Source: Spirochaetia bacterium | GTDB taxonomy: Bacteria > Spirochaetota > Spirochaetia > UBA9216 | Reading direction: 5' to 3' | Length of the DNA stretch: 64,000 nucleotides | NCBI GenBank assembly: GCA_963677925.2 | Contig: CAXXYH010000003.1 | Span: 1,312,001 to 1,376,000 of the forward strand | Shown: piece by piece, positions 58,144 through 64,000 of the stretch | How the letters are laid out: every line of letters starts with the position of its first letter | Numbering within the stretch: the first letter of the stretch is position 1 | Position numbers and translations under genes: made by a program | The notes under the pieces: generated by a model | The model's database searches: none | What the model was told of the DNA's origin: nothing | Seen by the model: only the letters and a program-made list of their open reading frames with translations

Positions 58144-58162
58144 GGGGCTTCAGAGCTTTTAT
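58123..58162. terminator. Bidirectional terminator overlapping the merR stop
   Basis: Perfect 16-bp arms ATAAAAGCTCTGAAGC / GCTTCAGAGCTTTTAT between convergent genes. Confidence 0.85.
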
Positions 58163-58188
58163 TTACATTATCACCGCGGCCTTATTAC

Positions 58189-59118
58189 TTAATCAAAGAA
58201 ATAAGGCAGCAGATTATAGATATAATCATTCATGGCAGCGTATGTATGCACCCCGCCTTCTGCAACCATATAATACAGGTTGCTGCTGTTGAAATCCGTA
58301 CCGTAATGAAAAACATCATTTATTTTTTTCATTTCTTCTATCTGATCGGTCAGATTCTCATAGGCCATGTCTTTAGTACCGGTGGCAGCAAGAATCAGAA
58401 AATCTGCAGGTGTAATCCCGTATTTTTCCGGCACACTGCCAATGTACCCGGCCGTTTCTGCTGTTTTTGTACGGCCGCCCATAGTCTCAATAACCCAGCT
58501 GTCACCGCTCATCGGCATGAAATACTTGAACTCCGGCAGATTATTGATGAAGGTATACCAGGTGGTAACCGATCCCATTGAAAAGCCGCCGAATGCCCTG
58601 TTTTCACGGGCTGTTAGTGTCCGGTACTTTTCATCAACCGCAGGGATAAGATTTTCTGAAAGCTCGGAATGAAACTCGCTAACAAGGAGGGCATCATCAG
58701 AACTTGCAGGATTATAATAACTTGGAGTTACCACGATCATAGGCTCAATGTCGCCTTTTGCAATCATATTATCCAGAAGAACCTTCAATGAAGAGGTGCG
58801 GCCGACTCCGCCGAAAAAAGTTTCAGCCTGACCTGAACCTCCATGCATCAGGTAGAAGCTATTATAGCGCCGGTCAGCTCTTTCCTCATAATCAAAGGGC
58901 AGATAGATATAGGCATGCTTCTCAAATTTTCGGCCGTGATAATCTGCCACGTAATCCAGACGTTCGACCCTGCCCCCCTCATCATAGGTCTGCATATAAG
59001 GGGAAGGGATATTATTAAAATTCAATTCCGTACCAGTGTTTTTTTCACCGGCACCCTGTGCTGTTAAATTCATGCTATATATTAATAATAAAATACAGAC
59101 TATCAAAGTCTTTTTCAT
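58189..59118 (-). CDS. Exported alpha/beta-hydrolase esterase (CE1 / feruloyl-esterase-like)
   Basis: Signal peptide; YLP.DY, YLMHGGSG, MIVVTP, RAFGGFSMG nucleophile, ATGTKD, GGVH. Confidence 0.85.
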   Translation of the reverse strand: MKKTLIVCILLLIYSMNLTAQGAGEKNTGTELNFNNIPSPYMQTYDEGGRVERLDYVADYHGRKFEKHAYIYLPFDYEERADRRYNSFYLMHGGSGQAETFFGGVGRTSSLKVLLDNMIAKGDIEPMIVVTPSYYNPASSDDALLVSEFHSELSENLIPAVDEKYRTLTARENRAFGGFSMGSVTTWYTFINNLPEFKYFMPMSGDSWVIETMGGRTKTAETAGYIGSVPEKYGITPADFLILAATGTKDMAYENLTDQIEEMKKINDVFHYGTDFNSSNLYYMVAEGGVHTYAAMNDYIYNLLPYFFD

Positions 59119-59133
59119 AATGAACTCCTGTTA

Positions 59134-60045
59134 TTAAAGATAAGTAAAAATTCCATCCAGGAAAAGACCAAGTAATATTGAGAAAAGAATCAGTACAGCA
59201 ACATAAAAACCAAGCATCTTCTTCGATAGAAAGCTTCCCATCGCAAGAAGCGGAGCTATCCTTGTCCCAGGTCCGGTTACAAGAAAAGCCATAGCAGCAC
59301 CGGTACTAAGTCCATTCTGCATAAGCATATCCACAAAGGGTATGATCCCCCCGCCGCAGACATAGACAGGTATACTTATAAGAGCTGCCAGAATTATATT
59401 TAACCAGCTGCTGTAGTATTCACCTTTCAAAAGTACCGAGACAGGAACAAGGGTTTCAAGCGTTGTGCTTGCCAGAACCCCAATCACAACATAAAAACCC
59501 ACATATTCGAGATTGAAATATGCACTTTTAAGAAAATCCGGAATTCTGAAGTTGTGAATATTTTTTTCTACACTGCTGGTCTGTCTTTTCAGCCTTTCAT
59601 GCACCTCATCAGTACCGAAACTGCCGTTCTTTTTTTCAAAGAAAATTATAATAACACCCAGAATAAGGGTGAATAAAAAAACGGCTGCCAGCCGGAGAAG
59701 TGCAAATTCGCCACCCAGACCGCCCCATGTTACGAGAAAAAGCTGAGGATTCATCAGCGAGGAGGCTGAAAGAAAGGTCAACAGAATTGAAAGGGCAACA
59801 CCACCGTGATACAGGCTGAGGATCACCGGAATAGTGGCAAATGTACTTAGCGGAGATATAATTCCAAGAACTGAAGCCGCAATAATCTTGAAAAACGAAT
59901 CTTTACCTGCAGCTTTTTTCCCGGCCTTACTGAAGGGGGTATATTTCAGGACTTCTGCAAGAAGCACCCCTATAAGAATATAGGGGAGCAGATCAAGCAG
60001 AAGAAGTCCTGATTTCTCAAGTATAGTTAATACAACTGAGAACAT
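59134..60045 (-). CDS. DUF318 (ArsP_1-type) permease
   Basis: Two-repeat topology; PLSTFATIP, FL.ASSLMNP, P.YVCGGG.IP, GAAMAFLVTGPGT. Confidence 0.85.
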   Translation of the reverse strand: MFSVVLTILEKSGLLLLDLLPYILIGVLLAEVLKYTPFSKAGKKAAGKDSFFKIIAASVLGIISPLSTFATIPVILSLYHGGVALSILLTFLSASSLMNPQLFLVTWGGLGGEFALLRLAAVFLFTLILGVIIIFFEKKNGSFGTDEVHERLKRQTSSVEKNIHNFRIPDFLKSAYFNLEYVGFYVVIGVLASTTLETLVPVSVLLKGEYYSSWLNIILAALISIPVYVCGGGIIPFVDMLMQNGLSTGAAMAFLVTGPGTRIAPLLAMGSFLSKKMLGFYVAVLILFSILLGLFLDGIFTYL

Positions 60046-60055
60046 TCTATATTAT

Positions 60056-61591
60056 TCAGAGTGTTATTCTGCTGCTGTTCAGATACTTGTCGTAAGCCTG
60101 AATTTCAACTTTTGACGCGTTAAGCAGCTTCTGATCAGAGTAGTCCAGTTTTACACTCATACCCTGCCCCTTTGAAGACCCTGCTAATTTTCCGTCAATA
60201 AATACATCTATTTTAATCAGGTCCTTATCGGATTTAATATCAGCCTTGATTGTACCACCCTGCTTTGCAAAATTCTCAACTGATACTACAGGAGCTGTGA
60301 AGTCTTCATAATTCTTATGCCTTGGTTCAGGATACATCAGTGTCATGGGGAAGCCAGGAACTCCGAAAGGTTTCTTGACTTCTGCAACACTGGCATTACC
60401 CACTACATTAATTCTTGAAGGATCAGCAATTCCTGCATTGTCTGCAGCAAGTGTATGCAGATAATCAACCTTTTGGGCATCCATTCCTATGATATATGAA
60501 TGAATAGTATCCACAGCGACAGCATCTGATCCGGCAAGAATCAGCCGCATGTTCTTCTGGGCGTCTTCGAGGGAACGTGCACCCATTGCTACAGGTCCGT
60601 TTTCGGTTCCCTGCAGGCCGTCGGTAACAACAAAATCAACAGGCTTTACAAGGTAAAAATCGTGGATGAATTTGTTTATTGATTCCCAGCCGTGGTCAAT
60701 TGACATTCTGTTCAGATAAGGAGTTCCGCTTCCGGTAGAATAAACAAGTATGGGTGCGGTACCTATTGCTACATTCTTCACAGCACCGGTAACGGCTGCG
60801 TTCATATGACTTTTCAGAACAGGAAGGCTGATAACAACATCCGCTGAGTAATAGGTTTTGTCAATGTAATATAAGCCCTTGGTAAGTGTGGATACGTCAT
60901 CGGTAAAAATTTTGCGATCGCCCAAATCTACAGCAACCATATCATCTGTATTTATATTACTGTAATCACCGCCTGTTTCATCAAAAGTGAGAATCTCATC
61001 AACTTCAGGCAGATTTGCTTTGGTCCAGCCGACTATCTCCATGTTCCTTGGAGTATTTCCCCAGCCTGATGTTTCCATAAGATATATCCTGCCGCTTGGG
61101 TTAAGCTCACGTACAAGTTCGGATACGGCCTTGATTATCCGGTAGTCTGTTGCAATTCCGTTCACCTTCTGCGGAAGGTACCTGCTTTCATCGCTATAGC
61201 CGTCACCGTCTCTCATGGCAGAAAACATGCTGCCTGCATAACTTTTAGCGGCTATAAGGTTTGGTTTCAGAACTACAAAATCACCGTCTGAAACAATTCC
61301 ATCAAGACCACCGGCAAGCGCTACTGCTTCTCTTACCATCTGCCTGACTTCGGCATCGGTAATATCAGCAGCATTTTCTTTCGAACTGCGCACAAGTGCA
61401 ACATCAGTACTGTCATAATTCTTATTTACAAGCTCTGCTGAAACACTCTGTTTTTCAAGAACAGCCCTGGCCTCTTCATTTGAAACGGTTCTGCAGGCTG
61501 CAGCGGCAATGATAAGAACAAGCGCAGCAATCAGAATAATTCTTCTCCTGCGTGTCTTACGCAATTTTTTGTTTCCTTCATTTTTGCTCAT
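60056..61591 (-). CDS. Exported DUF362-domain (lipo)protein with C-terminal Ig-like tail
   Basis: GD.VVLKPN, TD, ADVVISLPVLKSH..A.VTGAVKN..G, DGLQG.ENGP, D.VAVD. Start ATG 61591 (SD GGAGGG); signal KKLRKTRRRR-hydrophobic-AAAC. Confidence 0.85.
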   Translation of the reverse strand: MSKNEGNKKLRKTRRRRIILIAALVLIIAAAACRTVSNEEARAVLEKQSVSAELVNKNYDSTDVALVRSSKENAADITDAEVRQMVREAVALAGGLDGIVSDGDFVVLKPNLIAAKSYAGSMFSAMRDGDGYSDESRYLPQKVNGIATDYRIIKAVSELVRELNPSGRIYLMETSGWGNTPRNMEIVGWTKANLPEVDEILTFDETGGDYSNINTDDMVAVDLGDRKIFTDDVSTLTKGLYYIDKTYYSADVVISLPVLKSHMNAAVTGAVKNVAIGTAPILVYSTGSGTPYLNRMSIDHGWESINKFIHDFYLVKPVDFVVTDGLQGTENGPVAMGARSLEDAQKNMRLILAGSDAVAVDTIHSYIIGMDAQKVDYLHTLAADNAGIADPSRINVVGNASVAEVKKPFGVPGFPMTLMYPEPRHKNYEDFTAPVVSVENFAKQGGTIKADIKSDKDLIKIDVFIDGKLAGSSKGQGMSVKLDYSDQKLLNASKVEIQAYDKYLNSSRITL

Positions 61592-61611
61592 GTATCCCTC
61601 CAAATAGATAA

Positions 61612-61632
61612 GGGCTGTCATAAAGACAGCCC
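61612..61632 (-). terminator. Intra-cluster stem-loop
   Basis: GGGCTGTC-N5-GACAGCCC followed by TTATCT on the minus strand; partial terminator or processing site. Confidence 0.5.
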
Positions 61633-61652
61633 ATATTTCGACTTATTTTTAT

Positions 61653-63368
61653 TTATTCATTCATTCCGGCCATATCCCAGAGTCTTTCGTGAAAGAGCTC
61701 AACCATGGCAGGATCCATATAATGGAAAACTGTACTTTCATTATTCAGGTGCATGGCTTCCCTGCCCCCTGTAGTATATGCAGGCCATTCTGGAAGGCCT
61801 TCAGCTGCGGGCTTTCCGGTTTTTGCAAACTCTACCCAGGCACTTGAAACAGCCTTTGAAAGCCTTGCAACATCCTCACCTCCGTTAGTCATTACCGTTC
61901 CGGCAGCGTTTGTTGCATTATCGAATACGAACGGGATCTCCATTGTATGCGGTGAATAAAGTTTTCCGTCCATCATGGGTGAAAGCCAGTCAAAGCGGAA
62001 AGCGTATACCGGGGCTGAACCTGGAGTAGCTGCGCGGACATCCATAATTTCAGATGTAAGTGTTCCCATCATGAAGTCTGACAGAAGTCTGAACCAGATA
62101 CCGGAAGCATCGTATTCAGGAAAATCTGCTCTGTAGGAATCTATGATATCAGAAGAATTCCCCAATCCGAAAAATGCAGAAGTTCTCATACCAAGACCAA
62201 AGTTACCAAGGTTGAAAGCTGAACGATCACCAAGCATAAAGAGGGTGAACTCGGTACCGTTTGTACCAATCATCAACGGAACATCGGCTCCTGCCGCTGC
62301 AGCCCTGTCTGTGTAAACATGATCCAGGATGAGCTCTCCATCAATAACCGGCCAGAATCCTGTAGGAAAGCCGGGAGCACCCATCATATCAGACATTGAC
62401 TGGCTGGAAAGAACTCTTTCTTCCGCAGCAATAATATCAGCTGTAGAGAGTTCGTAGAGTTTATCTGCATCTTCTGCTGTAATACCAAGTGCTTCAAGAA
62501 CGGTTTCGGCAAGCTCATCGGCTTCTTCAGGTGTGAGAAATCTTGTAAGCGGACCGCTTTCTACTATTGCCCTGTCAAAAAGACCCTTTGCTGACGGAAC
62601 ACCAAGCATTGTATTTACCTTCCATCCACCGCCTGATTCACCGAAAATTGTGACAAGTTCCGGATTTCCTCCGAAGGCACTTATATTGTCCCTTACCCAT
62701 TCAAGAGCAGCTTTCATATCCTTAACACTAAGGTTGGAAGAATCTGAAAAATCCCCCCCAAGAACACGTGAAAAATCTGTAAGACCGGAAAGTCCGAGTC
62801 TGTGGTTTATTGTTACAACAATTACATCACCGCGGCTGGCAAGGTTTTCACCTTCATAAATTGCGCATGATCCGCTTCCGGTTGTCCATCCGCCTCCATG
62901 CAGCCATACCATTACCGGCAGTGTGCCGTCTGCATTTTCAGGTGTCCAAATATTAAGTGCAAGGCAGTCATCACCTGGAACTACATAAGCCGGCGGCTGA
63001 AAAGCAGGATCAACAGGTGTTGACATTGTGGGGTCGAGTGAACTCTGCTGGGGTGATGAATCTGCATATCTGTCTGCTATGAATACCTCGCTCCAGGGTT
63101 CAACTGCCTGTGGCGGCTTAAAGCGGTTCTGACCTGCTATGCTCTGGGCATATGGGATTCCGAGAAAGCGGTTAACTCCGTTAAGGTTTTCACCCTGAAC
63201 CGGGCCGCTTAGAGTCTCAACTATTGATGTGGGTCTTCCCTTCTCAACAATAAACTCGAATTTCATCTGTGTTTCTTGTTCTGTATTTGTTGCACAGCCT
63301 GTAAACAGGACTGCTGAAAGTAATAAGACGCCTGTAAAAAGGCTGCTTATCTTATTTGTAAATTTCAT
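61653..63368 (-). CDS. Carboxylesterase type B (PnbA-like) lipoprotein
   Basis: Lipobox FTGC, FLGIPYA, DCLALNIWTP, WLHGGG, FGESGG nucleophile, GTNGTE, PHTMEIPFVF. Likely start ATG 63368. Confidence 0.92.
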   Translation of the reverse strand: MKFTNKISSLFTGVLLLSAVLFTGCATNTEQETQMKFEFIVEKGRPTSIVETLSGPVQGENLNGVNRFLGIPYAQSIAGQNRFKPPQAVEPWSEVFIADRYADSSPQQSSLDPTMSTPVDPAFQPPAYVVPGDDCLALNIWTPENADGTLPVMVWLHGGGWTTGSGSCAIYEGENLASRGDVIVVTINHRLGLSGLTDFSRVLGGDFSDSSNLSVKDMKAALEWVRDNISAFGGNPELVTIFGESGGGWKVNTMLGVPSAKGLFDRAIVESGPLTRFLTPEEADELAETVLEALGITAEDADKLYELSTADIIAAEERVLSSQSMSDMMGAPGFPTGFWPVIDGELILDHVYTDRAAAAGADVPLMIGTNGTEFTLFMLGDRSAFNLGNFGLGMRTSAFFGLGNSSDIIDSYRADFPEYDASGIWFRLLSDFMMGTLTSEIMDVRAATPGSAPVYAFRFDWLSPMMDGKLYSPHTMEIPFVFDNATNAAGTVMTNGGEDVARLSKAVSSAWVEFAKTGKPAAEGLPEWPAYTTGGREAMHLNNESTVFHYMDPAMVELFHERLWDMAGMNE

Positions 63369-63396
63369 CCTAATAGCTCCAAAAATATAGTAAAAT

Positions 63397-64000
63397 TTAA
63401 TTTCTTGAATTGAATACCATCGCAAGCATGGATTTAAGCGTCAGCTTTCCTCCGTAAACAGGCATTGCACTCGCATTGCCGTAATCTTTTAATGGTTCAA
63501 CACTTCTGAGATATTTCATATCCTCATCCGAGATGACAAAATCCAGCTCCGCATTGCTTTTCATATGAGCAGGATTTGCAGTTTTTGGCAGGGGCAGAAG
63601 GCCAAGCTGAAGATCATATCTTATAGAAAGCTGGGGAACTGAGACCTTGTATTTGGCAGCCATATCCGCAATATCCTTTCTTTTAAGCAGTTCTCCATGG
63701 GCTACGGGTGAATATGCTTCCACCAGGATTCCCTTCTCCTGTGTATATTTAATGAGGGCTTCAGGGGTATTTCCTATATGCGCAAGAACCTGATTTACTG
63801 CGGGTTTCACCGTGCAGGACTCAAGGATATTATCAAGATCAACTTCTTCAAAGTTTGAAAGACCTATAGCCCTAAGCTTGCCGGCCTTATGAGCTTCTTC
63901 AAGTGCACGCCAGGCTTCCCTGTTTCCTTCAAAGAAATGCTCCCCCTCTCGAAATTTGGTCCAGGGCTGAGGACTGTGAATGATCATCATATCGATGTAA
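63397..64000 (-). CDS. Aldo/keto reductase (AKR5-like), 5' end outside the window
   Basis: YIDMMIIHSP, WRALEE, RAIGLSNF, PAVNQV, EAYSP, LPKT.NP.HM.SN. Confidence 0.92.
   Translation of the reverse strand, partial: YIDMMIIHSPQPWTKFREGEHFFEGNREAWRALEEAHKAGKLRAIGLSNFEEVDLDNILESCTVKPAVNQVLAHIGNTPEALIKYTQEKGILVEAYSPVAHGELLKRKDIADMAAKYKVSVPQLSIRYDLQLGLLPLPKTANPAHMKSNAELDFVISDEDMKYLRSVEPLKDYGNASAMPVYGGKLTLKSMLAMVFNSRN

Noticed and set aside
17236-60045. Selenocysteine read-through in redox proteins (QueG-like, NIL-ferredoxin, DUF318 permease)
   Set aside because: The QueG-like and ferredoxin TGA stops come after complete Cys motifs at natural C-termini. The permease has no in-frame TGA: Ser (AGT) occupies the usual Cys position.
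271-62859. The many short ORFs antisense to or out of frame within long genes (e.g. 20814-21521, 46253-46987, 15241-15738)
   Set aside because: They are shadows of well-supported genes: no SD, no family motifs, and Ser/Pro/Ile-rich antisense composition.
1-64000. CRISPR arrays, tRNA/rRNA genes, transposases, integrases, prophage or defence genes
   Set aside because: Intergenic gaps are all under about 300 bp; I saw no repeat-spacer periodicity, cloverleaf or recombinase motif by eye.

Overview
Gene-dense bacterial chromosomal window with about 60 CDS. It most likely comes from an anaerobic, diderm, free-living Spirochaetota member; this is inferred from a spirochete-type CheY, acidic lipoproteins, FecR-only proteins, and TolC/TonB-dependent receptor genes. 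I found no rRNA, tRNA, CRISPR array or transposase. Main modules in order: (1) Rrf2-mnmA-cysK followed by an Acr3/SBF permease; (2) FecR/lipoprotein operon; (3) two-component system divergent from a MacAB-TolC-type exporter with two permeases; (4) QueG-like Fe-S protein, asd, and MarR-MATE with visible operators; (5) ugd divergent from a glycosyltransferase, PadR, U32 and GSCFA; (6) an eight-gene corrinoid uptake/salvage operon under a cobalamin riboswitch, with three accessory lipoproteins, BtuB, BtuFCD and CbiZ; (7) a frameshifted sensor kinase, an MCP, a LuxR-MFS-aryl-alcohol/aldehyde dehydrogenase cassette and a GGDEF protein; (8) ybeD-SplB-like radical SAM-hflX; (9) a methanogen-type sulfide-to-homocysteine trio (DUF39, NIL-ferredoxin, UPF0280); (10) MerR facing an AKR/esterase/DUF362/DUF318 cluster. 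The best novelty candidates are the multi-lipoprotein B12 capture operon, the direct-sulfide assimilation set (including an MnmA with rearranged cysteines), and the exported esterase/DUF362/permease cluster. All family assignments come from motif recognition, not database searches.
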